Assembly (NCBI GenBank): GCA_040377305.1
Contig: JBEIPA010000007.1
Span: 128,001-192,000, forward strand
DNA: 64,000 nt
Reading direction: 5' to 3'
Source: Flavobacteriales bacterium
GTDB lineage: Bacteria > Bacteroidota > Bacteroidia > Palsa-965
This document shows, one piece after another, positions 28,640 through 38,653 of this stretch (its first letter is position 1; every line of letters begins with the position of its first letter). The position numbers and the translations under genes are program-made. The notes beneath the pieces are model-generated. The model was not told the origin of the DNA. It ran no database searches and saw only the letters and a list, made by a program, of their open reading frames with translations.

Positions 28640-29422
28640 ATGAATCTCGATCTCACTGGAAAGCACGCCCTTGTTTGCGGCAGTACACAAGGCATTGGCA
28701 AAGCAGCAGCAATTGAACTCGCGTTGCTGGGTGCAAATGTTACATTGGTTGCACGCAACGAAGAAAAACTGAAAGCAACAATCGGTGAACTTGAGCGCTT
28801 AGGAACACACGATTACATTGTCGCAGATTTTTCGAATCCGGAAGGTGTGCGTGTTGCGTTGCAGAAATATCTAGCAGTAGGGAAAGCGATTCATATTCTC
28901 GTGAATAACACGGGCGGACCTCCCGGCGGACCAATCACCGATGCAAAGACGGACGAATTCGTGAGTGCATTTTCATCGCACTTGTTGTGCAATCACATTC
29001 TGGCACAAGCGGTTATTCCAGGAATGAAAGCAGCCGGATATGGTCGCATCATCAACGTTATTTCTACTTCGGTAAAACAGCCCCTGAAAGGTTTGGGTGT
29101 TTCGAATACCATTCGTGCTGCCGTCGGCAATTGGGCGAAAACACTTTCACTCGAAGTAGCGTCATTCGGAATTACAGTAAACAACGTTCTGCCTGGTGCT
29201 ACGGCAACACAACGTTTGTCGGGACTCATCGAAGCGAAATCATCAAAAACCGGAACAGCAGTGGCGGATCTCGAAAAAGAAATGCTGCACGAAATTCCTG
29301 CGGGACGATTCGCGGCCCCGGAGGAAGTAGCCGCAGCAATCGCTTTTCTTGCAACACCATCGGCTGCATATATCAACGGTATAAATGTTCCAGTTGATGG
29401 TGGGCGAACCGGAAATCTCTAG
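28640..29422 (+). CDS. SDR family oxidoreductase
   Basis: GSTQGIG, LVNNTGGP, SNTIR (atypical catalytic motif), NNVLPG, VDGG. Confidence 0.92.
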   Translation: MNLDLTGKHALVCGSTQGIGKAAAIELALLGANVTLVARNEEKLKATIGELERLGTHDYIVADFSNPEGVRVALQKYLAVGKAIHILVNNTGGPPGGPITDAKTDEFVSAFSSHLLCNHILAQAVIPGMKAAGYGRIINVISTSVKQPLKGLGVSNTIRAAVGNWAKTLSLEVASFGITVNNVLPGATATQRLSGLIEAKSSKTGTAVADLEKEMLHEIPAGRFAAPEEVAAAIAFLATPSAAYINGINVPVDGGRTGNL

Positions 29423-29607
29423 GGAATTAGTGGAGATAGTAATTGTTTATTTAGTTGATCTGTTTGTTCGGTTCTAGCTACACAAGACACGCAACAATCG
29501 TCAGATTAATTTATCGCTAATTCTTCTGGGCTACCATCTCTGCACTGCAATTTATCTACTGCCTCCATCCATCTGTCGATTTTTTCCTGCCTTCCCTGCA
29601 ATTCCGT

Positions 29608-29615
29608 TACTTTTG
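29608..29615 (+). promoter_or_regulatory. -7 element for mscL
   Basis: TACTTTTG 31 nt upstream of the ATG. Confidence 0.6.
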
Positions 29616-29646
29616 CGGAACCTAACTTAACCAACCCCTTTACCCT

Positions 29647-30027
29647 ATGGGCCTCATTAAAGAATTCAAAGAATTTGCCATCAAAGGCAACGTAATGGAT
29701 CTTGCTGTCGGTGTTGTCATCGGCGCAGCATTTACCACAATTGTAAAATCATTGATTGAGGATGTGATCACTCCGCTACTTCTAAATCCGCTCATGAAAG
29801 CAGCGCATGTTCAAAATCTCGCCGACTACACAATTTTAGATACGGTTAAGGCCGGTAGTTTCCTTGCAGCGATCATCAACTTTCTTTTAATTGCCTTTGT
29901 ATTGTTTCTGGTGATAAAAGGAATCAATAAAATGAAAGCGAAAGAAGTGAAAGCAGATCCGGAACCTCCAAAGGAGGAAGTATTGCTCACGGAAATCCGC
30001 GACTTACTCGCAAAAAAGCAATCATGA
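29647..30027 (+). CDS. mscL: Large-conductance mechanosensitive channel
   Basis: EFKEFAIKGNVMDLAVGVVIGAAF...LLTEIRDLL. Confidence 0.97.
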   Translation: MGLIKEFKEFAIKGNVMDLAVGVVIGAAFTTIVKSLIEDVITPLLLNPLMKAAHVQNLADYTILDTVKAGSFLAAIINFLLIAFVLFLVIKGINKMKAKEVKADPEPPKEEVLLTEIRDLLAKKQS

Positions 30028-30986
30028 AGAATGTTCTCCTCGCAATTTGCTTAATTGTTTCAACCGGATTGTTCGCGCAAACTCCTGTTGATACTGCAAA
30101 AACTCCTAAAGCAGATACAGTTGTTCCTAACTGGAAAAGTGGTGGAGCAGTGGGATTCAATTTCACACAAGCGTCTTTCACCAATTGGGCTGCGGGTGGA
30201 ATTAACTCCATCTCGGGACAATTCCTTTTCAATACGTACGCGAACTACAAAAAAGGGACGACGACGTGGGACAATATCCTCGACATTTCTTATGGCTTAA
30301 CGAAGCAAGGAACCAGTGAATCGGTACGCAAAGCAGATGACAAATTTGATGTGACTTCGAAGTACGGTCAGTATGCGTTCAAGAAAGTGTGGTACTATTC
30401 TATGCTTGCCAATTTCAAAACACAGTTTCAACCTGGATATACGTATCAGGGCGACACTGCACGCACACTCATCTCTGATTTGATGGCACCGGGATATCTG
30501 ATTCTTGCAATCGGTCTGGACTATAAACCAAACGACAAGTTTTCAATCTTTACTGCACCGGCAACGGCGAAGTATACATTCTGTTATAATCAAATGTTAG
30601 CTGATGCAGGAGCGTTCGGAGTTGAGAAAGCAGTTTACGACACTGCAGGAGTTCGTTTGGTGAAAGGAAGAAATGTTCGTCAGGAGTTCGGAGGATATTT
30701 CAAGATGCAGTATCGTGGAGATGTAATGAAGAATGTGAACTTACTCGCGAAGCTGGAATTGTTCAGCAACTATCTTAACAATCCGCAGAACATTGATGTG
30801 AACGCGGAAGTTGTGGTCGGAATGAAAGTGAACAAGTTCATTTCTGCGAACATCAGCATGCAGGCTATTTACGATCACGATATCAATGTAGCGGTTGACA
30901 AAAACAACGACGGTGTAACCGATGGAGTAGGGCCGCGCTTGCAGTTTCGACAGGTATTGGGTGTCGGACTCGCTGTAAAGTTCTAG
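30024..30986 (+). CDS. DUF3078 outer-membrane beta-barrel protein
   Basis: Signal peptide, FTQASFTNWAAGG, FKTQFQPGY, APGY, LFSNYL, terminal F. Confidence 0.9.
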   Translation: MKNVLLAICLIVSTGLFAQTPVDTAKTPKADTVVPNWKSGGAVGFNFTQASFTNWAAGGINSISGQFLFNTYANYKKGTTTWDNILDISYGLTKQGTSESVRKADDKFDVTSKYGQYAFKKVWYYSMLANFKTQFQPGYTYQGDTARTLISDLMAPGYLILAIGLDYKPNDKFSIFTAPATAKYTFCYNQMLADAGAFGVEKAVYDTAGVRLVKGRNVRQEFGGYFKMQYRGDVMKNVNLLAKLELFSNYLNNPQNIDVNAEVVVGMKVNKFISANISMQAIYDHDINVAVDKNNDGVTDGVGPRLQFRQVLGVGLAVKF

Positions 30987-31191
30987 ATGGGAGTTTGGAG
31001 ATCGGAGACGGGAGTGATTTTGGCTCCCGTGGGCTGAAGCCGCACGGTTATCGTCACATCAGTTGTCATGTGATATTTGCAGGTAAAAAAATGGCAAAGC
31101 CATTTTTTTACCTGCACCTCCTACAAAAGCAATGGCAACTGATAACCGTGTGGCTTCAGCCCACGGATTTGAAGTCTCCCAACTCCCAACT
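30985..31191. repeat. Three-hairpin REP/REPIN-like element, copy 2
   Basis: Arms 31026-31052 and 31141-31167; perfect 18-bp central hairpin 31078-31116; fills the gap between convergent genes. Confidence 0.9.
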
Positions 31192-31885
31192 ATTTCGCAA
31201 TGAGTCGGAAACCTTTACCGTGAATATTCATGATCTCAACAGAAGGATCTTCTTTCAGATACTTTCTCAGCTTCGCGATATAAACATCCATACTGCGTGA
31301 GTTGAAGTAACTGTCGTCGCCCCAGATTGTGTTGAGCGCGAGTGAACGATCTAGCACATCATTCTTGTGCAAGGCGAGTAAACGCAACAGATCCGATTCT
31401 TTCGAAGTCAGTTTCTGCGCTTTGTCTCCGTGCTCCAGCATCTGACGCTGACTGTCGAATGCGTAATCGCCAACGGTAAATTGGATCTGATCAGCATTCG
31501 CAATACTGCCTTTTGTACGACGCAGAATTGCTTTGATACGAAGCAACAATTCTTCCATACTGAATGGCTTCGTGATATAGTCATCAGCACCCGCATTGAA
31601 ACCTTCAATCGTATCTTCCTTCATGGATTTCGCCGTGAGGAATACAACCGGAATTTCTTTGTTGATCTCGCGAATCTCTTTCGCCAAGGTGTAACCGTCT
31701 TTTACCGGCATCATCACGTCCAGCAGACAGATGTCCCAGGTTCCTTTACGGAATTTGTCGAAACCTTCTTTACCGTTAACGGCTAGTTCTGTAGTGAATC
31801 CTTTTGCATCAAGGTACTCCTGTAAAAGACGACCGAGGTTTGGATCGTCTTCTGCTAACAAAACTCTTGGCTTAATTTCTGTCAT
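31190..31885 (-). CDS. rprY: OmpR-family response regulator RprY
   Basis: LLAEDDPNLG, DVMMPVKDG, GADDYITKPFSMEEL, WGDDSYFNSRSMDVYIAKLRK. Confidence 0.88.
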   Translation of the reverse strand: MTEIKPRVLLAEDDPNLGRLLQEYLDAKGFTTELAVNGKEGFDKFRKGTWDICLLDVMMPVKDGYTLAKEIREINKEIPVVFLTAKSMKEDTIEGFNAGADDYITKPFSMEELLLRIKAILRRTKGSIANADQIQFTVGDYAFDSQRQMLEHGDKAQKLTSKESDLLRLLALHKNDVLDRSLALNTIWGDDSYFNSRSMDVYIAKLRKYLKEDPSVEIMNIHGKGFRLIAK

Positions 31886-31887
31886 AA

Positions 31888-33456
31888 TTATGATTCTTCT
31901 TGTGTTTGAGTTTTTAGAGGCAGTCTTACATAAAACCGGCTACCTTTTCCGGCGTCACTCTCCACCCACACTGTTCCACCATGCTTTTCAATAATTGCTT
32001 TTACATAACTCAAGCCAAGTCCAAATCCTTTCACATCGTGAATGTTTCCGGTTGGAACACGGTAAAGTTTTTCAAATACTTTTTTCTGGTTCTCGCGACT
32101 GATTCCGATTCCGTTATCCTGCACACAGAACTCTAGTGAATCTGTAAAGTCTGTGGTGAAAATGCGGATCGTTGGTTTCTCCGGCGAATACTTGATCGCG
32201 TTGTCAACGAGGTTATAAATTACGTTCTGTATGTGCGTACGATCGGCTTCAACCACACACTGCTTCGCGCGAAGATCAATTCCAATAGAACCTTCTTTTT
32301 TGTCAATGGCCAGCTGAACATTCGCTACAACATTGCGGATCATTTCGTGTATATCAATCGGAACGTGTTTGAGCTTGAAGTTGCCTTTGTCGAGAATTGC
32401 AGTCTGAAGTACGTTCTCAACAAGCACACCCAAACGTTTGTTCTCTTCCATGATCATTCCGAGATAACGGTTAGTTCGCTCACGCGATTTTTCAATCGTT
32501 TCATCACCGAGTACTTCACACGCCAATGAAATTGTAGAGATCGGCGTCTTCAGCTCGTGTGTCATGTTGCTGATAAAATCGTTTTTGATCTCCGACAATT
32601 TCTTCTGCTGGAAGATGGTAGAAATCGAGTAGTAGAACAACACGAGAATGAACACGATGAAGAGTACCGACAAGATCAGCATCGTCCATACCGATTTGAA
32701 AACGTAAGCACGTTCATTCGGGAAGAAGATCGTAAGCACTTTCGGTTGCGCGAATAAATTATCGCCGGTTAAGCGCACGCGATACTGACTCGTAAGTAAA
32801 CTGTCGTGAATGGCATCACTACCCTTTGCGTCGGATGTGAAAACGGTTACCGGAGAATTCAGAATCGTCCAGATGTAACGTGTAGAAATTCCGCGACTCA
32901 TCAATTCACTTTTCAGAAGAGAATCGACAAGTGAAGTGTCCATCACGTCAGAGAAATCGTCGTACACATTGATCTTTACTATCTGGTCGAAAATCCCTGA
33001 TGTGTAATTTCCATTGTTGAATTTTCCGACTTCACTCTTCGGTAATTCCGGTTGAACGTTTTCCGTATGAAGATTTCCGGTGGTTGTATTCGCCAAAGGA
33101 TTCATTGCTTCACTGAAGCTTGTGTACGGATAAATCGATTGACGCGATTGGTGATGAATCACTCCACCCGAATCGTTTGTGAATTCTTCGTAAACGTGTA
33201 TGTCGTTGTTGCCACCGGCATTCGCTCCGGGAACAAAGCTCTGACGATGATAACTCAACTGTTGCTGCAAACGATCCGCAGCAACCTGTCGGTTATAACG
33301 ACGCTGAACCTGGACCAAAGCCTCGCGCACATCTTCCGTAAAGTGGTCGCGCTTTTCGTCCACAGCATTGCTGATCCAGTAATACTGGATAATGCAAAGT
33401 CCGAAAAGTGCCACTCCAGCCAGGAAGCTGATGAGTTTTGGCGAAACGATTTTCAT
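31888..33456 (-). CDS. rprX: Sensor histidine kinase RprX
   Basis: 2 TMs, NDFISNMTHELKTPISTISLA, NLVDNAIKY, DNGIG, YRVPTGNIHDVKGFGLGL; -7 element at 33462-33469. Confidence 0.85.
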   Translation of the reverse strand: MKIVSPKLISFLAGVALFGLCIIQYYWISNAVDEKRDHFTEDVREALVQVQRRYNRQVAADRLQQQLSYHRQSFVPGANAGGNNDIHVYEEFTNDSGGVIHHQSRQSIYPYTSFSEAMNPLANTTTGNLHTENVQPELPKSEVGKFNNGNYTSGIFDQIVKINVYDDFSDVMDTSLVDSLLKSELMSRGISTRYIWTILNSPVTVFTSDAKGSDAIHDSLLTSQYRVRLTGDNLFAQPKVLTIFFPNERAYVFKSVWTMLILSVLFIVFILVLFYYSISTIFQQKKLSEIKNDFISNMTHELKTPISTISLACEVLGDETIEKSRERTNRYLGMIMEENKRLGVLVENVLQTAILDKGNFKLKHVPIDIHEMIRNVVANVQLAIDKKEGSIGIDLRAKQCVVEADRTHIQNVIYNLVDNAIKYSPEKPTIRIFTTDFTDSLEFCVQDNGIGISRENQKKVFEKLYRVPTGNIHDVKGFGLGLSYVKAIIEKHGGTVWVESDAGKGSRFYVRLPLKTQTQEES

Positions 33457-33637
33457 CACTACAAATTTACGTAGGGTCACACCCTATGTTTTGTAGCTTA
33501 ACATTGTTTAACCTATGATTTTAACACGAAAAAGGGCGTTTTTTAGGTCGCGGAGGCGCGGTGAGGGCGGTGTCGCGGAGGACAAAAAAGACCTGTTTTT
33601 GACCCGATTTTAACATATTTGGAGGGTAAAAAGGACC

Positions 33638-34573
33638 TCATTTCTTCGGCCTTTTGTAGCCTTCTGGTAGATTGAACCCGCTCATCTCAGCTGACTGCCA
33701 TAAAGGTGGCAATCCAATTTCAGTTCGATAGAAGTCTACTGAATCAACAGACTCCAACGGTGAAATTTTCGCTTTTGCAGTTGCGCTTTGTTCAGTGTAG
33801 TACACATTGCAACCGTATTTCTGCGGTACATGTTGCACATATCCAAGTTGACGATCGTACCAGAATGCATAAGCAGATGGTTGCATTCGTCCTGCGAACA
33901 ATTCAACTTTCATGCACGAATCAATGAATGGAAAGTAAACTTCATTCTTGCCGTAGAGATGATAAGTGATCATTCCTCCGGGAGGACACAAGCCTTGTTT
34001 CACACATGCGATATGTTCTGCCATGTTTAAAGAATCAACATAGTTCATGATTTTTGCAAGTTGATCCTTGTCGAGCGTTTCGCGCATGATTGCGGAACGA
34101 GCAAACTGATCGAGCGTCGTGTGCTTTTTATCTTCCAGCAAAAAGTGCATGGATTCTGCTTTCGAAGCTGAGTATTGTTTATGAAGTTCAGCATAACGAC
34201 TAAACACCGATTGAAAAGCAAATGTGCCGACTTCGTTTTTTATTCTTTCAGAGTTGTTCAGCAGGTTCATTCCTTTGATCACTGACTTTTCCAGATACGC
34301 AACAGCACCAAGGGAATCGCGCAACATGTAAGAGCAACGCGCCGCGTCATAAAACGTATTCATATCCGGAAATGTAGAATTTCCATTACTCTCCAACCAT
34401 TTGATGCAATTCAAAGTCTTGATATAGTTCGAGTCGACCCGAAGTAAGTACTGACTTTCATTGTATTTGTTCCAGTAAGAATGAAAATCGAACGACGGTG
34501 CAGGCGGATCACTTTTGAAGCCCAAAAGAGAGAACGCGAGAGTGCAAACTGCGATTGTAAAACAGTTTTTCAT
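33638..34573 (-). CDS. Secreted DUF6624-like hypothetical protein
   Basis: Signal peptide; DQFAR, VDSLN, YAFWYDR, QKYG, VDFYRTEIGLPPL. Confidence 0.65.
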   Translation of the reverse strand: MKNCFTIAVCTLAFSLLGFKSDPPAPSFDFHSYWNKYNESQYLLRVDSNYIKTLNCIKWLESNGNSTFPDMNTFYDAARCSYMLRDSLGAVAYLEKSVIKGMNLLNNSERIKNEVGTFAFQSVFSRYAELHKQYSASKAESMHFLLEDKKHTTLDQFARSAIMRETLDKDQLAKIMNYVDSLNMAEHIACVKQGLCPPGGMITYHLYGKNEVYFPFIDSCMKVELFAGRMQPSAYAFWYDRQLGYVQHVPQKYGCNVYYTEQSATAKAKISPLESVDSVDFYRTEIGLPPLWQSAEMSGFNLPEGYKRPKK

Positions 34574-34587
34574 AAATGTGAATTTTG

Positions 34588-35637
34588 TTACTTGAAAACG
34601 AACTCCACCCGACGGTTTTTGCTCTTGTCAGTTCCAACAGGTTGTGAACTCCCGAACCCCTTTGTACTGATTCGCGTTGAGTCAATTCCTTTCGAGATGA
34701 AATACTTCTTCACTGAAAGTGCACGTTGTTCGGACAATGTTTGATTTGTTTGGGAATCACCATCGCTGTCCGTATGACCATTGATCGTGACTTTTAACGT
34801 GGGCTGCTTTTTTAACGCTGCAACAATTTGGTCGAGCGTAGAAAATGAACTTGCTAGTAAAGTTGATTTGCCTGTGTCGAAGAGGATGTTGTTGAACGTG
34901 AGTTTTTGTCCGGCGGAAATTGTGAGCGGACCGGATGGACTTTTATCGACAATGGAAACGTCATCCAAATAGTAGTATGCGTAACTCCACGCAATATTTT
35001 TCTTCCTGCAAAAGGACGCGCTCTTGTCAAATGGGTTTTTAAAGTTTCCGAGGCAAAAAAATTGTTCTGTACCGTTTGCAACGTACTCTGCTTTTACCTG
35101 TGTCCATTGCATAGTCGTATCAATTGGAACGATTACTTGTGGCCGAAACTTAAGAGCTGTAGCCATTTTCGGCTGACTGATTTTACTATTTGAAAAGTAG
35201 ACTCCCAATGTGTCCACTTTCATGTCCGACTGTTTCGTATAGCAGTACCAGAATGAAACGAGATAGGTGTGTCCTGCAATCAGAGTTGAGTTCAACGTTC
35301 CGCCTGCGTATTCGGTAATAGGTAAGTCCTTTTCATCAACATGATACGCCAGAATTCCTGCGAAAGAGTTTCCCGAACGCGGATCAACTTTACCCGCGAA
35401 GTAATTTTCACTAAATCCTTTTGCTGCCGGGTTTTTGTCTTCGGAAAGATTTGAATACCAATCGGGCGTACCACCAGTTGGCATATACCATCCATTTATT
35501 CCGTAGGAGCTGAACGCATCCATAGGAACGACTGGAAGACCTTTTGTGCAATCTTCAAACCCCGGATTCACAACCAGATTCTGACCATAGGAAAGCAGAA
35601 TTGCGGATGAGAAAATCAAAGTGAGTACGGGTTTCAT
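34588..35637 (-). CDS. OmpA-family protein with N-terminal carbohydrate-binding-like domain
   Basis: NLVVNPGFE...GTPD...YYYLDDV; ILFDTGKS, GHTDSDG, LSEQRA, NRRVEF. Confidence 0.92.
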   Translation of the reverse strand: MKPVLTLIFSSAILLSYGQNLVVNPGFEDCTKGLPVVPMDAFSSYGINGWYMPTGGTPDWYSNLSEDKNPAAKGFSENYFAGKVDPRSGNSFAGILAYHVDEKDLPITEYAGGTLNSTLIAGHTYLVSFWYCYTKQSDMKVDTLGVYFSNSKISQPKMATALKFRPQVIVPIDTTMQWTQVKAEYVANGTEQFFCLGNFKNPFDKSASFCRKKNIAWSYAYYYLDDVSIVDKSPSGPLTISAGQKLTFNNILFDTGKSTLLASSFSTLDQIVAALKKQPTLKVTINGHTDSDGDSQTNQTLSEQRALSVKKYFISKGIDSTRISTKGFGSSQPVGTDKSKNRRVEFVFK

Positions 35638-35668
35638 CTTCGAATCTTCAAATTTTCAAATCATCGAA

Positions 35669-36364
35669 TCACAACCCGAATCTCATTCGTGACTCCGGCG
35701 ACAAGAATACCCGCAACGGTGCCAACTCCACATCCTTTCCTTCCGGCGATGTTGCGTGAATCTGATCGTACATGAGCATGCCTCCGCTTTTCTTTACGTC
35801 GATGGCATCAACGCGTTGTTTCATCTCGAGCGTCATCTGACCAGTTTTCGAGTAGAGCGTATCCATTCCGCCTTTCGGATTGCGGATGTACATGCAGAAT
35901 GAGTCGACACGAAATACCTGCTGACCGTATTTTGTTTTTGCCCGAAGCTTGCCTAGACCGATGAGCGACATCTTATCCACAACCGAATCCTGTTTTACAT
36001 GATCGATGGTGACTTCCGGAAGCTCACGTCCATAGAGTTTGTACGATTTCGAAAGTGCAACCTGCTCTTTTCCGTTCGGGAGCTTTTCATAAACAACGAG
36101 AACCGCTTCTCCGCCCGATTCAGCACGAAGAATGTACAGGGAATCTTTCTTCGTTGCAGTTCCGCCTTTCAGTTCGACGCGGCTCATTTTGTTTTTGCTC
36201 TTGAACGTGATCTTCACCGCGTAATCTTCTTTCGTGTGAAACCAGGAGTCGTTCGGTACAACCGAAACTGTTGTAGACATGGACTTCACCAGGAACGTGT
36301 CTGTTTGCGCGCAGACGATGTTCATGGTGAAGAATGCGATGAGTGTGGCTAAGATACTTCTCAT
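35669..36364 (-). CDS. Secreted GldM C-terminal (two Ig-like domains)-like protein
   Basis: Signal peptide; LPEVTI; FRVDSFCM...GQMT.EMK...YDQIHATSPEGK..LAPLRV. Confidence 0.65.
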   Translation of the reverse strand: MRSILATLIAFFTMNIVCAQTDTFLVKSMSTTVSVVPNDSWFHTKEDYAVKITFKSKNKMSRVELKGGTATKKDSLYILRAESGGEAVLVVYEKLPNGKEQVALSKSYKLYGRELPEVTIDHVKQDSVVDKMSLIGLGKLRAKTKYGQQVFRVDSFCMYIRNPKGGMDTLYSKTGQMTLEMKQRVDAIDVKKSGGMLMYDQIHATSPEGKDVELAPLRVFLSPESRMRFGL

Positions 36365-37986
36365 GTTCTTTCTTTAAGCGTACCGGTGAGGTCTTCAATA
36401 CCTAATATATTTCGCGCCTCAATTCCGTTTTTAACAGCGGTTGGAGATACTTCGAACTTAAATATAGCTTCTTTCGCATTATCCTTTTTCATTTTCTCAA
36501 TAGCCGCGTTAAAATCATCGGTACTGCAGGTTGCAAGACGACCGTCTTTCGTAACTGCCCAAAGCATATTGTCGGCCAGCGTGTCGAATCGGAATGCATT
36601 CAGATTGTAGTACTGATACAATGCGTTCACGTTCTTCTGCACGAGGAATACTTTTGCAGCATCGAGTGGTTTTCCGTCACCGCGATCTGTCTTCGCGAAA
36701 ATTTCCAATCCTTCGGGCATGCTCATCGGGCAATCAGAATTCCACATTCCGAAATCGGAGATGATAAATTCACGCATGATGATGGATTCGGTATTGCCTT
36801 GCAGATTTGCAGCAGCGCGCATTTGTCGCGCACGTTCAGCAAGTGTATCATTCACCCAAATGCGGTGACGATCCTGTTCTTCCAATACGACTTGCATGGC
36901 ATCGGCGCGTTTCTTCTCGAGCTCTTCGCGCTGTTTCACGCCTGCTTCGTATTCGGCATAACGCTCTTCCCACGATTTCTGTGCAGCCGCAAAATCTTTC
37001 TGGTCAACAACGGGTTGCGTAACGTACATCGCCTCGCGCGAACCAGCAGTGAATGTGATTCTGAAATTCGCATTGTTCTTCATGCGCTTGATGGCAACAT
37101 CTTCCCAGGCAATTTTCTTATCCTCTTTGTTGTACGGTGTTTGATTCTCGTCTACTTCAAAACGTACTCCTTTGTAAGTCACCAGCTCCGGAAATTCATA
37201 CGGATCGAATGAAATCGCGAATGAAGGTTTGTTCTTGTCGGCAACTTTCGGCGCCACTGGGGGTTCTGTCATTACTTGAACAGCCCCAACTTTTTGCGGA
37301 TCAGTTGAATCGGCGCTCGGTGGATTGTAGACAACCGCTTTCTCATCATTCACGTATTCCCATTTCTTCGCTGCTGTATCGAGGTAGTATGTGTTGAAGC
37401 GATCTTCGTCGCTGTTCGAAACAATAGCCACGTGAATCATGGAATCCGGATTTACTTTCAGCGGCTTTCCGTTCTGCCACGCAGAGATTTCGATCATACC
37501 GGCAGATTCAAAATTGTATTGCGTTCCGGCAGAATCGTATGTCATAGGAATTCCAGCCATAAAGATTTTCGCCGGATCGTGGAATTCTTTGTAGCGCAAT
37601 TCAACTGCACCGCTCACCGGATTTCCTGCACTATCTAAGAATGCAGAGCCTGGAACGCTGATGATGCTTCCGTTGGAATTGAAATACATTCCGCCTTTGG
37701 TGGCATCCACAGTGAAATTCGTATCTGCTTCTTCGGCTCCAACGAAAAGTGGTTGAATGAATGCAGTATTTTCTGCTGTTGGAGTTTCCGATTCGCTCAT
37801 CAGCAGATATCCACCGCCAATGAGAATCACTCCGGTAACCGCTGCGATTGCATAGAACTTCGTCGTTTTAAAGAATGAAGGTTTCGCTCCCGAGTACGCA
37901 TTCATGAACTCGTCGAAATTCTGTCCCTTCGCAATATCCGCTTCACTTAACGGTTCCTGGTTCCGATTGATGTTGTAGTTTTCCAT
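36361..37986 (-). CDS. Single-pass membrane protein, putative anti-sigma factor
   Basis: Short cytoplasmic N-terminus, one TM, large periplasmic region (FESAGM, FGMWNSDCP); directly downstream of the ECF sigma. Confidence 0.6.
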   Translation of the reverse strand: MENYNINRNQEPLSEADIAKGQNFDEFMNAYSGAKPSFFKTTKFYAIAAVTGVILIGGGYLLMSESETPTAENTAFIQPLFVGAEEADTNFTVDATKGGMYFNSNGSIISVPGSAFLDSAGNPVSGAVELRYKEFHDPAKIFMAGIPMTYDSAGTQYNFESAGMIEISAWQNGKPLKVNPDSMIHVAIVSNSDEDRFNTYYLDTAAKKWEYVNDEKAVVYNPPSADSTDPQKVGAVQVMTEPPVAPKVADKNKPSFAISFDPYEFPELVTYKGVRFEVDENQTPYNKEDKKIAWEDVAIKRMKNNANFRITFTAGSREAMYVTQPVVDQKDFAAAQKSWEERYAEYEAGVKQREELEKKRADAMQVVLEEQDRHRIWVNDTLAERARQMRAAANLQGNTESIIMREFIISDFGMWNSDCPMSMPEGLEIFAKTDRGDGKPLDAAKVFLVQKNVNALYQYYNLNAFRFDTLADNMLWAVTKDGRLATCSTDDFNAAIEKMKKDNAKEAIFKFEVSPTAVKNGIEARNILGIEDLTGTLKERT

Positions 37987-37990
37987 GACA

Positions 37991-38590
37991 CTATCCTAAT
38001 GACGTGTAAATTGTTTTGAGTCGTTCGAGCAGTCGATACACTCTTGCCTTGGCCGCAGTTTCACTGATTTCTAAAATTTCGCAGAGATCTTTAAACGGAA
38101 TCTTGTCGAAGAAGCGCATTTGCATGAGCGACATTTCTTCAGGATCCAGTTGTTGCAGACTTTTCATGAGCTTTGCATCTGTCTCTCCGGTATTCTCTGC
38201 ACCGATTTCTGTCATCACATCGGTTACTTGTTCATCATCTATATTCACAGCCTGACGTACTTTGCTGCGACGATAAAATCTGTTGAGTTCATTCAACGCT
38301 ACACGAAACAGGAAAGCAGAGTAGGGAACACCTGTTGATTTATACTTTCCAATATTTTCGAGAGCCGACATGAAAACTTGTTGCGTTATGTCTCGCGCGT
38401 CGTCCTTACTCGTAGTTCGTCCGTAAACAAACTGGAGTATTCGCGCATAGTACCGGTTATACAATGGTCCAAAAGCTCTGGGATTTTGCTTTGCGGCTTC
38501 AATCTCCTTTTCTTCTGTAGCAATGTCGCTCCGGGTGGCGTGGTACCGGGATTCGATTGTCATAAATGTTCCTTTTGCGGTGAGGTACAT
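37991..38590 (-). CDS. ECF-type sigma-70 factor
   Basis: AFGPLYNRYY, DITQQVF, FLFRVALNE, region 4 AKARVYRLLERLK. Confidence 0.92.
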   Translation of the reverse strand: MYLTAKGTFMTIESRYHATRSDIATEEKEIEAAKQNPRAFGPLYNRYYARILQFVYGRTTSKDDARDITQQVFMSALENIGKYKSTGVPYSAFLFRVALNELNRFYRRSKVRQAVNIDDEQVTDVMTEIGAENTGETDAKLMKSLQQLDPEEMSLMQMRFFDKIPFKDLCEILEISETAAKARVYRLLERLKTIYTSLG

Positions 38591-38653
38591 GAATTATTGC
38601 CTTGATTACAGGCATAAAGCATGTGGTCCGCAAAAGTCACACAAGATGGTAAA

